Shown: positions 17,854-28,157, counted from the first letter of the stretch. The stretch: 28,157 nt of DNA from Tubiluchus corallicola (GCA_030141605.1 JAQGDQ010002462.1:1-28157); one strand, 5' to 3'. Translations and numbers: made by a program. Notes: a model not told the origin generated them from the sequence alone.

Positions 17854-19862
17854 ATATTTTGTGACTTTAAAATATTAGAAACTTCCCAAGCTAAATAGTC
17901 ACTTACAGTTTTCTTGAAATCTTGCAAAGTAGGTTTAGTGTCTATAGGGGCGCTTTTATTCCAATCAGCACCATTTTTGGGGTCAATAGTATCTTCGTAA
18001 TACTCTTTATCAGTAAAAATATTAAGCTTACTTTTCCAAAACGTACTAAGTTTACCAGTTCTTCATATCTTTCCTTAGCACAGTCTGTATCTTTTAGATT
18101 ATTACTTGCTTTTTTACGATTAGTTCTAGTATAACCATCATTAGAAAAATCTATAAATTTTACCATTTCATCTTTATGATGTCTTTCATTTACTTTAAAA
18201 ACATATATATTAGTTTGTACGCTTGATTTCCAATAAACAAATCAATTGGCATTTTAATACTAGCTAAAAGGGTATGTTTTTCTAATATTCTTACACAATA
18301 ATCTTTTGCTCTACCTGAACCTGCTGAGTTTTGAATAATAATAGCAGCGTAGCCTTTGTTCATCATTCCAAGAGCTTTTTCTACAAAGTTCATACCATTT
18401 CCCTTGGAAGAGTAAGGAGGATTTAAAATAAAAGCACTAGCAGGAAATTTGTTGTCGCTTTTACTAAAACCATAATTCCCATCAAAATCTTTTAAAGAGT
18501 CTTTATTTAAAATATTTGAACTTCCATCACCCATCAAAATCATATTTAAAATTGCTAGCATGTATACACTTGAAAGGAATTCTATTCCTAGCAACTGCTC
18601 AGATTTTATTTTAATCTCTTTTTTGCTGAGTTCTTCAGGTGAGGTAATTGTATTTTTGGCATCAATAAGCATTTCATTCATAGCAGCAACTAACAAGCCA
18701 GCAGATCCTGTAGCAAAATCCCACACATAAGAATCTTTATTTACTCGTGCTAGTTTCACTAAAAGAGTAGCAACATAAGATGGAGTAAGTACTACGTCAT
18801 TTAGTTTATCTTGTGAAAAACCAAGCCATCCATACATTTCATTAAAAAGCTTACCTGTAAAATCAGTTGTTAGACCTATTTTATAATATATGCCTAGATC
18901 ATCAACAATTTTGCTAAAAACTCTTTTTACTTGGCTTTCACCATTTTCAACTTTATTAATATTAGTAGTTAAAAGTGTATTTTTTAAAGTTCTTATGATG
19001 AGTTCTTTTTTCTCTTTAGGTAATTCTTTTTCATCTAAAAAAGCTTCTATTTTTCTTACTATTATTTCTCCATCGCTACTTCCTTTTTCAGTGGAAGATT
19101 TTAAAGCAGATTTTTCAAGTGGCGCTACTTCTCCAGGTATTCCAAGAGTTGCAATAATAGAAGCTGCAACAAGATACACTCGGTCATTTTCTCCTAAACC
19201 TTTTTCATTTTGATAAATATCATTATTAAGTTTTAGTAGACTAGCATCAATTTCTTTTTCCCTTTGCTCTTTTAGTTTGTCAATTTCCTCTTGTGACAGG
19301 TGTAAAGTTTTTACTTTTTCAATAAAACCATCAAAATTTTGCCGAGCTAAAAATGAAAAATCTGTATATTCTGCAACTTTTGTCCTATACCTAAGTTGCT
19401 TTTTGAAACATAGTAAACTCCTATTTCATGCTGGATTTTTCCACTTTCATCCTTGTGTCCTGTCATACCAATAGCAATAATATCTGTATAGCCAGTATGA
19501 TGTAACAAAGCATTTGCATAATGAACTGCTCCATTTACAGCAAAAGAATTTATATTTTTAAAATATGGTTCATTTTTTTTAGTTATATTTTCAACTTGCC
19601 CACTGTCATTAAGTTTTACAAGTTTATTTTTGTAGCCTTTATACTCAATAAGAATAGGATAATAGTTTAAATTTTTATCTTGTAATAGTAATTTTGCGTC
19701 AGGTCTATTTGATCCTGTTCCACCATTTTTAGTAAAATAGTAAGAGAGTGCTTTATCTATCTCACTATTTAAAGGTTCCTGCTCTAATTTATAATTAAGC
19801 TTGTATGACTTTAACCATCCATTAGCTAAATCTGCAATATTTGGTTCTATTGATTTTGTCAT
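17829..19862 (-). pseudogene. type IIB/IIG restriction endonuclease-N6-adenine methyltransferase (BcgI-alpha-like), three 1-bp frameshifts
   Basis: N-terminal PD-(D/E)xK nuclease motif (RPD...IEYK), gamma-class MTase motifs WDFATGSAG and LNPPY. Adding one A at 19378-81, 18227-29 and 18032-35 joins the three track ORFs into one frame of about 678 aa ending ...DYLAWEVSNILKSQNIKDKNQGK*. Confidence 0.88.
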
Positions 19863-20848
19863 TTACTTACAACTTCCTGCTATTAATATCTTATAGTACA
19901 AATATTAATATATTTTTCATTTTGCAGCTAAGACGTTCTATATTTTCTTGTGTTATAAGCTAAATACATTAATAATTTACTGTAACTGTTAATAACTGTT
20001 GAATCATAATTTTATGACACTACAAGTTATTTTATTACGGATATATAAATAATTCAATTTATATATGAATACCTTATATTATAAGGTGATTAGATAATTA
20101 AGAAATTGAACAGCTGAAGAAATAATAATAAGAATAAGTATACAATAAAAAGAAATGTGAATTGTTATACTTTTGAGATATGTTGTTAAAAAATAAATGA
20201 AGTAATAAATTGTAAAAACTTAAAAAAGAGATTTAACAAATAACAATTAATATTATACTAGCTTACTACTGCTAAATATGTTACTAAGATCTAAAATTTA
20301 TATACAATTTAAATGTTAAATTATTATAGAGATTGAATATAGTAAATGAAGTGTGAAATAAAGATTTAGAATGATTAAGAGTAAAGTAGAACAAAATGTG
20401 CTTTAAAATTTAAATTAAGAACCATGTGCTTAAAAAGAAAATATCTTATAAAAAATGGTCATAATTATAGCAATTTTATAAATTATACAATAAAATTTTA
20501 GTTATTTTTGTTAATATTTTTTTAGAAGGTCAAGATCATAAAAAGATTGAATTTTATATAATTTATAGCATAGATAAGTAAAAAGATAGTATCTCTATGA
20601 TAAAAATTTATTTTTTTAATAGTAAAATTAAATTCAAAAATACCAGAATTAAAAAGCTTGTTTTTATAAAAAATGATTTATTTGCAAAACTACTATAATA
20701 ATAATAGATTTTTTGGTATACTAATAATACTAGCTACAATTTATATATACTAAAGAATAAATAGTAGTATAAACTTAAGATAAGATATAAACTCTGTACA
20801 AAGTCAAACAAGGGTTTATAAGACCATGAAATTAAATAGGAGATAAAT

Positions 20849-21175
20849 ATGATACATCCAGAAACTTTACAAATAAAGAAGACTCCTGAAGGGTTTTCTT
20901 GGACAACGCTTTTTTTTGGTCCGTTAGTACCAATTTTTAGAAAGGATTATAAGAATGCAATATTAATGCTAGGTGGAGCTTTTATAATTGGAAGTTTTTT
21001 AACACTTTTAGGCAATAATGAAAATTTTAATATGTATATATTATTTGCTAGTACAACATATTGGGTAGTAGTAGCTAGTATATATAATAAAAAGTACAAA
21101 AAAGATTTGGCACAAAAAGGGTATATTAGTGATAAAGATTTTTTAAAGAATACAGAATATATAGACGAGAAATAG
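20849..21175 (+). CDS. small membrane protein, DUF2628/HrgC-like
   Basis: GFSWTTLFFG..P.FR.D and YNK.Y...L..KGY pattern, hydrophobic segments, RBS AGGAG. Confidence 0.7.
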   Translation: MIHPETLQIKKTPEGFSWTTLFFGPLVPIFRKDYKNAILMLGGAFIIGSFLTLLGNNENFNMYILFASTTYWVVVASIYNKKYKKDLAQKGYISDKDFLKNTEYIDEK

Positions 21176-21234
21176 TACTATAATATTTTTTTAATAAAAT
21201 AGATATGCCTAGGGACATAATAAATATGTGATAT

Positions 21235-21270
21235 AAAAAAAGCTCCTCTTTTAGAGGAGCTCTTGTTTTT
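21235..21270. terminator. bidirectional intrinsic terminator
   Basis: AGCTCCTCT-TTT-AGAGGAGCT (21241-21261) flanked by an A-run and a T-rich run, between convergent genes. Confidence 0.85.
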
Positions 21271-22648
21271 ATTCTACTTCATATCCTGTTACTTCTTCTA
21301 ATCTATCAGAAAGATCACTAAGTGCTGTTTCTGCATCAGTATTTCCATTTAAAACTGAATAAACTGCTTGGAAGAATTCAGTTGATACAACTCCATATTG
21401 AGGAGCGCTAACAGTTGAAGGTCTAGCTACAGAATTTACAAATACATCATATAAATCCTTAAAAAATGGATTTGACTCTATTACTTCAGCATCTTCATAT
21501 AAGGAAGTTATAGTAGGGTTAAATGAACCTTCAATTGCTCTATACTTTTGAGACTCTGAATTTGCTAAATAAAGAGCAACATCAGCTGCAATTTCAGGAT
21601 TTTTACTATATTTAGAAACTCCTATTTGCCATCCACCTAAAGTGGCAGCTTTAGTCCCGGATTTTCCTGCAGGTAAAGCAGACACCCCAAATTTTCCTTG
21701 TACTTTTGAATTATCTTCTTGACTTAAAGAGTAAGCATAAGGCCAGTTTCTCATAAATGCTGCGTTTCCTGCTTGCCATACATTTCTAGCATCTTCTTCT
21801 AGGTATTGTATTACTCCTTGTGGAGAGATAGTCCCTACCCATGCTGCTGCCATTTCTATGGCTTCTATAGCATTAGGGTTATTGATAGTAATTTTTTTAT
21901 CAGCTGATATAATTGTACCTCCATCATTAGAGTATATCCACTCTAGTGCGTCACAAGTAAGTCCTTCATAAGCATTACCTTGCCATACATATCCCTGAAA
22001 GTCACTGTTTCCTTCAGATCTTTCTCCATCTTGTATTGTTTTTGCATGTTTTTCTAGATCTTCCCATGTCTCAGGTGCATCTAATCCATATTTTTCCAAT
22101 AGATCACTTCTATAGAAAAGTAAACCTGCATCAATGAACCAAGGGATTGCAACTAATCTACCGTCAACAGTATTGTTTTCTATAAGAGAAGAGAAGTGAG
22201 TGCTAGATATTTTATCTCCTCCGTACTCATTAAGATCTAATAGATGGCCTCCCATATCTCCAGCCCAAACAACATCAACTTGAAATAGGTCAACATCTGA
22301 AGACTGTTTTTCTAAAAGTTGTAAATACAACCCAAGCCTATCTGAAGCTGAGTCAGGAGTTTCAAATATTTTTATTTCTACATTAGGATTGTCCTTCATA
22401 TATCTTTTAGCTGTTTCTTTAGTTAATTCTAATTCTTGCCCAACAGCTCCTGTAGCTATTGTAACAACATGTTTTTCTTCGTTTTTAGCTTCATCTTTTT
22501 TCATTTTGTCATCTTTCATTTCATTTACTTCTTCTTTTTGCATAGTTTCACTTTCATTAGGCTTAGTATCAGATGTTTCCTTTGACCCCCCACAAGCAGT
22601 AAGTCCAAAAATAGATACAGTAAGTAGAAGTATTAACCAGTTTTTCAT
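21269..22648 (-). CDS. sugar ABC transporter substrate-binding lipoprotein (trehalose/maltose, ThuE-like)
   Basis: Lipobox LTAC; DVVW, PWFIDAGLLFYR, YEGLTC, FMRNWPY and TLGGW motifs. Start ATG 22648 is best spaced from the AGGAGG RBS. Confidence 0.9.
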   Translation of the reverse strand: MKNWLILLLTVSIFGLTACGGSKETSDTKPNESETMQKEEVNEMKDDKMKKDEAKNEEKHVVTIATGAVGQELELTKETAKRYMKDNPNVEIKIFETPDSASDRLGLYLQLLEKQSSDVDLFQVDVVWAGDMGGHLLDLNEYGGDKISSTHFSSLIENNTVDGRLVAIPWFIDAGLLFYRSDLLEKYGLDAPETWEDLEKHAKTIQDGERSEGNSDFQGYVWQGNAYEGLTCDALEWIYSNDGGTIISADKKITINNPNAIEAIEMAAAWVGTISPQGVIQYLEEDARNVWQAGNAAFMRNWPYAYSLSQEDNSKVQGKFGVSALPAGKSGTKAATLGGWQIGVSKYSKNPEIAADVALYLANSESQKYRAIEGSFNPTITSLYEDAEVIESNPFFKDLYDVFVNSVARPSTVSAPQYGVVSTEFFQAVYSVLNGNTDAETALSDLSDRLEEVTGYEVE

Positions 22649-22696
22649 ATACATTCCTCCTTGAAAAAATTTAAACATTTAATACATAATAATAAA

Positions 22697-23572
22697 TTAT
22701 CCTTTGACAGCTCCAGCAGTAAGTCCAGCAACTATTTTTTTCTGGAAAAATAGTACTAAAGCTATTATTGGTACAGTAACAAGTATTGCTGCAGCCATAA
22801 CTTCTCCCATGGGATATTGTCTAGCTACCTTACCAGAAAATGTTGCTACAGCAACAGGTATAGTTCTCCATTTTTGGTCTGTAACTGTAAATGTTAAAGC
22901 GAATAAGTACTCATTCCAAGCAGCTATAAATGCAAGTAGTCCTGTTGTTACTAGAGCAGGTGCTGTAAGGGGAAGTAGTATTCTATAAAAGCTTTGAAAT
23001 GGAGTTGCTCCGTCGACTTGAGCTGATTGCAACAGCTCAGACGGTAACTCTCTAAAAAATGATGTTAATACCCAAGTTGTGAAAGGTAGTGTAAATATCA
23101 TATATGTAAGTATCAAGTTAGCAATGGTAGGTAGACCTATTTTAGTAACAACTGCAAATAGACCAGAAAGTAATGTTACTTGTGGAAACATTGTCATTGC
23201 TAAAATGACATACATCGAAGGTTTTTTACCTTTAAATCTAAGCTTTCCTAATGCAAATCCTGCAAAAGACCCTATGCAAAGTGACAATATAGTAGTAAAA
23301 GCTGCAACTAATGTACTTACCCCAAAAGCTCTCCAAAATGTTTCATTTTTAAACACAGCGATATAATTACCAAAGTGAAATGAAATGGCACCTGTTTCAG
23401 GGTCTCTAGGAATAAAAGTAGCAGGTTGCATTTGCAGTTGATTCTCTGTTTTTAAAGAAGTTACTAGTGCCCAATAAAAAGGGAATAACATATAAATAGC
23501 AACTATAGCTATCATAAACCATAAACCTATTTTACCTAATTTCTTTTTTTGATCTTTAGTCATCTGTACCAA
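22697..23572 (-). CDS. sugar ABC transporter permease (MalG/ThuG-like)
   Basis: EAA-like loop ELLQSAQVDGA, AWNEYLFAL, C-terminal GLTAGAVKG. Start may be ATG 23563. Confidence 0.93.
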   Translation of the reverse strand: MVQMTKDQKKKLGKIGLWFMIAIVAIYMLFPFYWALVTSLKTENQLQMQPATFIPRDPETGAISFHFGNYIAVFKNETFWRAFGVSTLVAAFTTILSLCIGSFAGFALGKLRFKGKKPSMYVILAMTMFPQVTLLSGLFAVVTKIGLPTIANLILTYMIFTLPFTTWVLTSFFRELPSELLQSAQVDGATPFQSFYRILLPLTAPALVTTGLLAFIAAWNEYLFALTFTVTDQKWRTIPVAVATFSGKVARQYPMGEVMAAAILVTVPIIALVLFFQKKIVAGLTAGAVKG

Positions 23573-24743
23573 CTCCTAGTGTTTTCATACAAAGAATGGC
23601 AAAGCCAAAGATAATAAAAAATATAATCATACCAACAGCAGAAGCCATTCCTTCAGCTTTAGCAGATATAAGTTGGGAGTAGTTGTAACTAGCCATTGAG
23701 TATAAGCGCTCTCCAAGAAGTACATTGAATAAGTCAAATACTCTTAAAGCGTCAAGTGCTCTAAATATAAGAGCAACAGCAATAGTCGGTTTTAATAAAG
23801 GTAATGTAATACTAAAAAATTGTTTTACCTTACCAGCTCCATCAACCTCTGCAGCTTCATATAAACTACTAGGTATTGTTTGTAATCCTGCCAAAATAAG
23901 AAGAGCCATAAAAGGTGCAGTTTTCCATACATCAATTGCAATTATTGTTGGAATTGCTATGCTGTCTTTAGTTAGAAAGGCTGTTTGCCCACTTCCTCCA
24001 AATTTAGAAAATAGCGAATTAAATAGTCCTGTCCTATCAGGCCTTAACATAGATTGCCATATTCTTGCACTAACAACAGTAATAATTGCCCAAGGTACTA
24101 ACATGATAGATCTCATAATGCCTTTGCCTTTAAATTCTGAATTTACAACAAGTGCAATAATTAAACCTAAAATAGTTTCTAATAATACAGACCAAAAAGT
24201 AAAAGTTAAAGTATTTTTTATACCATCAATAAATTTTGGAGTTGAAGCACCAATTACGAGATACTTTTCAGATCCTATTTTTAAAGAGGAGTATGGACTA
24301 TATCTAATTAGTGGTTTTTCTACTTTTTCATTTTCATATATTTTTGCTTTATTTCTCCAGGTACCTCTTGCCTGCCTTTCAGCAGCTCCGCTAGATCTTT
24401 CTTTTTTTCTTTTCTTTATAAGAGATTTTTCCATTGAAGTTGTCCAAGTATTTTCTGATTTTTTTTTAATTTTTTCAATGTCTTCGCTTACTTTTTTTTC
24501 AATATTTAGTAATTCTTCATTTGACAGGGATACAGTAGTTGCTGTTAATGCTAAAAGTTGCTTATAATTATCTATACCAACAAAGTTAGTTTTACGATTA
24601 GTTGCATCAGCAAAAATTTTATCTGTAAAACTTGTAATTATAACTGTTCCTAAAGGATAAATAGCTATGATAAATAATATTATAAAAGTTGGAACTAAAA
24701 GCTTATAGGCTAAAACTTGCTCTTTTTGCTCAACACTGGCCAT
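23556..24743 (-). CDS. sugar ABC transporter permease (MalF/ThuF-like) with an extra charged insertion
   Basis: FVGIDNY, DVWKTAPF, LYEAAEVDGA and RVFD motifs. Confidence 0.92.
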   Translation of the reverse strand: MASVEQKEQVLAYKLLVPTFIILFIIAIYPLGTVIITSFTDKIFADATNRKTNFVGIDNYKQLLALTATTVSLSNEELLNIEKKVSEDIEKIKKKSENTWTTSMEKSLIKKRKKERSSGAAERQARGTWRNKAKIYENEKVEKPLIRYSPYSSLKIGSEKYLVIGASTPKFIDGIKNTLTFTFWSVLLETILGLIIALVVNSEFKGKGIMRSIMLVPWAIITVVSARIWQSMLRPDRTGLFNSLFSKFGGSGQTAFLTKDSIAIPTIIAIDVWKTAPFMALLILAGLQTIPSSLYEAAEVDGAGKVKQFFSITLPLLKPTIAVALIFRALDALRVFDLFNVLLGERLYSMASYNYSQLISAKAEGMASAVGMIIFFIIFGFAILCMKTLGVGTDD

Positions 24744-24791
24744 ATAAAAACTCCTTTCAAATGATTTGTTTTATTTTACAATTTGAATCTA

Positions 24792-25922
24792 TTATAAGCT
24801 TATATTTTCTTCAGTTTCATAATCAAACACATGGCATTTTTCCATATCAAAATAGAATTCGTACCCCTTAGTTCCATGTTTAGCACCTTTAGAGTCTACA
24901 GCGTCTATTCTAGAAACATATTGTATCCCATTAATTGAAAAATATATAAACTCTTCATTTCCCATTTGTTCTACTACAGTTATGTCTCCTTCTATATAGT
25001 TGCTTTTATCTGAATCAGGATGAGTAGCCCTATTACCTATATCTTCAGGCCTTATACCAAACCATATTTTTTTACCAATACTTGATTTTACTTTTTCAGC
25101 TTTATTCTCAGGAAGCTCTAAATTGACTCCTGAAAAGCTAACTGTTATTTTACCATCTTTTTCTTTTAATTCACCTTCAGTTAAATTCATCGCTGGAGAG
25201 CCAATAAAGCCTGCTACAAATTTATTAGCTGGTGTATTATATAAGTTTAATGGTGTATCAACTTGCATTATTTTTCCAAAATTTAGAACACAAATACGGT
25301 CGCCCATTGTCATCGCCTCTACTTGATCATGTGTTACGTATATCATTGTAGAGGTTTGCCCAGCATCTTTCAATTCTTTATGCAACTGTGTTATTCTTAC
25401 ACGCATTGAAACTCTAAGCTTAGCATCTAAATTTGACAACGGTTCATCAAATAAAAATACGTCAGGTTTTCTTACAATAGCACGACCAACGGCAACTCTT
25501 TGTCTTTGTCCACCTGACATTTCTTTAGGTTTTCTATCTAATAAATCAGTTATTTGTAATTTTTCTGCTGCATCTTTTACTCTGCTTTCTATTTCATTTT
25601 GAGGAAATTTTCTTAACTTTAAGCCAAAAGCCATATTATCAAAAACTGTCATATGAGGGTATAAAGCATAGTTTTGAAAAACCATTGCGATTCCTCTGTC
25701 TTTTGGAGGAAGATCATTCACGACTTTATCGCCAATTACAATTTCTCCTCCAGTGCACTCTTCAAGACCTGCTACCATTCTAAGAGTTGTAGATTTTGCA
25801 CAACCAGATGGACCAACAAAGACCATAAATTCGCCGTCTTTTATATGAAGATCTATTCCATGCACTGCTTTAAAACCATTTGGATATGTTTTTTCAACTT
25901 TTTTTAAAATAACTTCTGCCAT
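24792..25922 (-). CDS. sugar ABC transporter ATP-binding protein (MalK/MsmX family)
   Basis: Walker A GPSGCAKST, MSGGQRQR, FLFDEPLSNLD, YVTHDQ, GIRPED, C-terminal regulatory domain. Confidence 0.95.
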   Translation of the reverse strand: MAEVILKKVEKTYPNGFKAVHGIDLHIKDGEFMVFVGPSGCAKSTTLRMVAGLEECTGGEIVIGDKVVNDLPPKDRGIAMVFQNYALYPHMTVFDNMAFGLKLRKFPQNEIESRVKDAAEKLQITDLLDRKPKEMSGGQRQRVAVGRAIVRKPDVFLFDEPLSNLDAKLRVSMRVRITQLHKELKDAGQTSTMIYVTHDQVEAMTMGDRICVLNFGKIMQVDTPLNLYNTPANKFVAGFIGSPAMNLTEGELKEKDGKITVSFSGVNLELPENKAEKVKSSIGKKIWFGIRPEDIGNRATHPDSDKSNYIEGDITVVEQMGNEEFIYFSINGIQYVSRIDAVDSKGAKHGTKGYEFYFDMEKCHVFDYETEENISL

Positions 25923-25971
25923 AACACATTCCTCCTAAATATTTAATAAAAAAACACTTATATATCATTAA

Positions 25972-26000
25972 ATAATATATTATTTTCTTATAAAAGTCAA
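25972..26000 (-). promoter_or_regulatory. sigma70-type promoter of the sugar ABC operon
   Basis: TTGACT (26000-25995), 17-nt spacer, TATTAT (25977-25972), about 50 nt upstream of the ATPase start. Confidence 0.6.
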
Positions 26001-26541
26001 GAAACTAGGCTAAAGATGATAAAAATAATAATTTAATAGTAAGTAAAAATTTAAATTGATTTTTTATAAAAAGTTTGAATTTAATTTAAAATAGTTATGC
26101 AAATTCTTTTTCTATATGTTAGATTAATAGAAATTTATTATTTAATTAAAACCAAAAATTTTGAATTAGATTTTTTCTAACTTAAAAATTTATTTTAACA
26201 TACTGTTAAAAAAGTACTATATTTTTAATTATATTTATTATGATAATTTCATTTTTTAAGTGAATAAAGTTTAATAAGAGTAATAGAAAAATATCTTTAA
26301 AATTTTTTTATAAAAAAATAATTAAAAAAATTATATTTTTTTAAGTTGAAATTTAGGTAGAAAACATGTATATTATTTAGTAAGAAAGTAAGAATTTATA
26401 AAAATATTACACTTAGATTACTAGCCATGTAATTTGAAGAGACAATAGGTACAAATGTAACTTTAAAATGTTAAGTAAATAATATAGTAATATATGTTAT
26501 GTACCTCTATCCCTTTAAAAGGTAAAATATATATAAGTAAC

Positions 26542-26577
26542 AAATAAAAAAAGAGGCTCTCCCCTCTTTTTTTATTT
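26542..26577. terminator. intrinsic terminator hairpin between divergent genes
   Basis: Perfect 15-bp inverted repeat AAATAAAAAAAGAGG-ctctcc-CCTCTTTTTTTATTT. Confidence 0.75.
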
Positions 26578-26636
26578 ATTTAAAAATAAATTAACGAAAA
26601 CATACAATTTTAAAGTAGAGTTTTACAGGGGGAAAT

Positions 26637-28157
26637 ATGAAAAAAAATTTTTTAATATTTTTAATTATTATTTCAATAATAATTATAGGAGGAACATTTT
26701 TATATTTAAAACTTCCTAAAGTGTCTAAAGAGTCTATAGAAAAAGAAATAAGTAGGCTTACTAGCATGGAAGCTAAAATAGAGGGTATAGATATTGATAT
26801 ATTAAGAGGAAAAGGAGCCTTTAAGAACTTTACTATAACTAACAATAACAAAACTATAATTAAAATAGAAAGAGGTGGCATAGAATTTTCTGTTATAGAT
26901 ATTTTTAATAAAACTATTAACATTAAAAATATAACCATGGAAGATGGAAAAATAGTTATAAGTAAAGAGGAATTAAATAAAATTATTTCAAATATAGAAG
27001 AAAATAATTTAAAGTCAGAAAATGAAAAGAAAATTATTTTTAATAAAATAAAGATAGACAAAATATTATTAAGCAACGTAGTAGTAAATTACTGCTCAAA
27101 AGATAATTATGAATATTATATTAATATTAGTGAAATAAAAGATTTTACTTTATCAAATGAAAAGCTAAATTTTGATTTTCACGATAGAACAGGAAATGGA
27201 AAAATAAAACTTGCAATAATGTATAATTTTATAGAGAGAAAAAGTCAAGTAGATGTAAAACTGGAGGAATACAGTCTCACTAATTTAAATTTGAATAAAT
27301 CATTTAATATTGAAACATTAGAAGGAGTAATAGATGGAAAAATTAAGATTATATTTTATAAAGATGATTTTGAATTAAGCGGAGATATTAAACTAAGTAA
27401 ATTTGAACTATTTGATAAAGTTGACTATATAAAAACAAGCTATTTAAATTTAATTATAAAAAAAATTACTAAAAATAATATTTTGATAAATAAAATTTAC
27501 ATGATTCAACCTTCACTAAATATTATTAATAAAGGAGATATTAGCAATTTTTCAGATTTATTAAAAAAGGTAAATATTGATTTAGAAAATTTGAAAATAG
27601 ATAAAAATAAAAAATATCAAGTAAAGCTACTAGACATAAAAAATGCTTCAATAAACTTTAGAAATGATTACGACCATTATTTATTAAAAAAATTAAATAT
27701 TAATATTATTGATGTAAATAATATTGGAAAAAATACAAAATTTAAGATAAATAAGGATGAGGGTTTAGAAAAAATTGATATAGACGGAAATGTAAAATAT
27801 CTAAAGAACTTAAAACTAGATTTAAAGATGTTTTTAAATAATATAGATCTACAGAAGATGTATATCCTTATAAAAGATATATTTCCATATAAAATAGAAA
27901 AGGGATATTTAGACATAAAATCAAATATAAAGGTAGAAAAAGGATATCTAACCAGTGATAATAACATAAAAATAAAAAAGATAGAGCTAGGCGAAAAAAA
28001 CTTTGACTCTCCTCCTATAAATATATTGATAAAGTCAATTAGAGATAGAAGTAATATCATAGATTTAAATATTCCCATAGAAGGAGATATAGATGAAATT
28101 TTAAGTGGTAACAAAAAAGAAATAGACATAAAAATATATGACATTGTAACTGATATA
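26637..28157 (+). CDS. AsmA/DUF748-like envelope protein; 3' end runs off the window
   Basis: Not in the track because it has no stop. ATG 26637 with RBS AGGGGG. N-terminal TM anchor MKKNFLIFLIIISIIIIGG, long beta-strand-like alternation, and IDLNIPIEGD resembling the DUF748 motif. Confidence 0.7.
   Translation, partial: MKKNFLIFLIIISIIIIGGTFLYLKLPKVSKESIEKEISRLTSMEAKIEGIDIDILRGKGAFKNFTITNNNKTIIKIERGGIEFSVIDIFNKTINIKNITMEDGKIVISKEELNKIISNIEENNLKSENEKKIIFNKIKIDKILLSNVVVNYCSKDNYEYYINISEIKDFTLSNEKLNFDFHDRTGNGKIKLAIMYNFIERKSQVDVKLEEYSLTNLNLNKSFNIETLEGVIDGKIKIIFYKDDFELSGDIKLSKFELFDKVDYIKTSYLNLIIKKITKNNILINKIYMIQPSLNIINKGDISNFSDLLKKVNIDLENLKIDKNKKYQVKLLDIKNASINFRNDYDHYLLKKLNINIIDVNNIGKNTKFKINKDEGLEKIDIDGNVKYLKNLKLDLKMFLNNIDLQKMYILIKDIFPYKIEKGYLDIKSNIKVEKGYLTSDNNIKIKKIELGEKNFDSPPINILIKSIRDRSNIIDLNIPIEGDIDEILSGNKKEIDIKIYDIVTDI

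Noticed and set aside
18032-19381. The three internal RM frameshifts as programmed recoding or phase variation
   Set aside because: The runs are only 3-4 nt on the + strand, none forms a full slippery heptamer, I saw no stimulatory hairpin, and the truncated products make no functional sense, unlike the RM/S junction.
19863-20848. CRISPR array, tRNA, dif site or IS element in the long intergenic gaps
   Set aside because: I found no regularly spaced repeats, cloverleaf motifs, Xer consensus, terminal inverted repeats or transposase by eye.
13610-21214. 11-bp direct repeat TATGCCTAGGG at ~13610 and ~21204 as att sites bracketing the psuK to DUF2628 segment
   Set aside because: It is too short to be significant in 28 kb, the flanks differ, and there is no integrase or tRNA target.
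817-28144. Short or antisense ORFs in the track (e.g. 817..1047, 2477..2863, 7112..7378, 14137..14541, 18890..19213, 23725..24567, 26591..27076, 27677..28144)
   Set aside because: They overlap well-supported genes on the opposite strand, show no recognisable motifs, and have the composition typical of shadow frames of AT-rich genes.

Overview
AT-rich bacterial chromosomal window, probably from a diderm anaerobe. The gene set and an AsmA/DUF748-like protein suggest Fusobacteriota, which is an inference. From left to right it holds: a degenerate SIR2-like gene (partial), a HAD hydrolase, udk, rdgB, a PHP phosphoesterase, an orphan sugar-binding lipoprotein, ald, a GPH/MFS transporter and a frameshifted tmcAL. 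Next come a three-gene operon (class III aminotransferase, beta-keto-acid cleavage enzyme, class I/II aminotransferase) and psuK-psuG followed by a divergent ThyX-like gene. The right half has a disrupted BcgI-like (type IIB) restriction-modification locus, a DUF2628-like membrane protein, a trehalose/maltose-type ABC operon and a partial AsmA/DUF748-like gene. The strongest unexplained signal is at the RM/specificity junction. The S frame has no start codon of its own before its first conserved motif and is reached through a canonical -1 ribosomal frameshift cassette: an upstream SD-like AAAGGA, a slippery G_GGA_AAG, the RM stop, and an 11-bp hairpin 5 nt downstream. This predicts an RM plus RM-S fusion pair. 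Other leads are a candidate beta-glutamate/beta-ketoglutarate pathway, the ThyX-like gene next to pseudouridine catabolism genes, and a ~195-nt sRNA/leader candidate. I found no rRNA, tRNA, CRISPR array or transposase.
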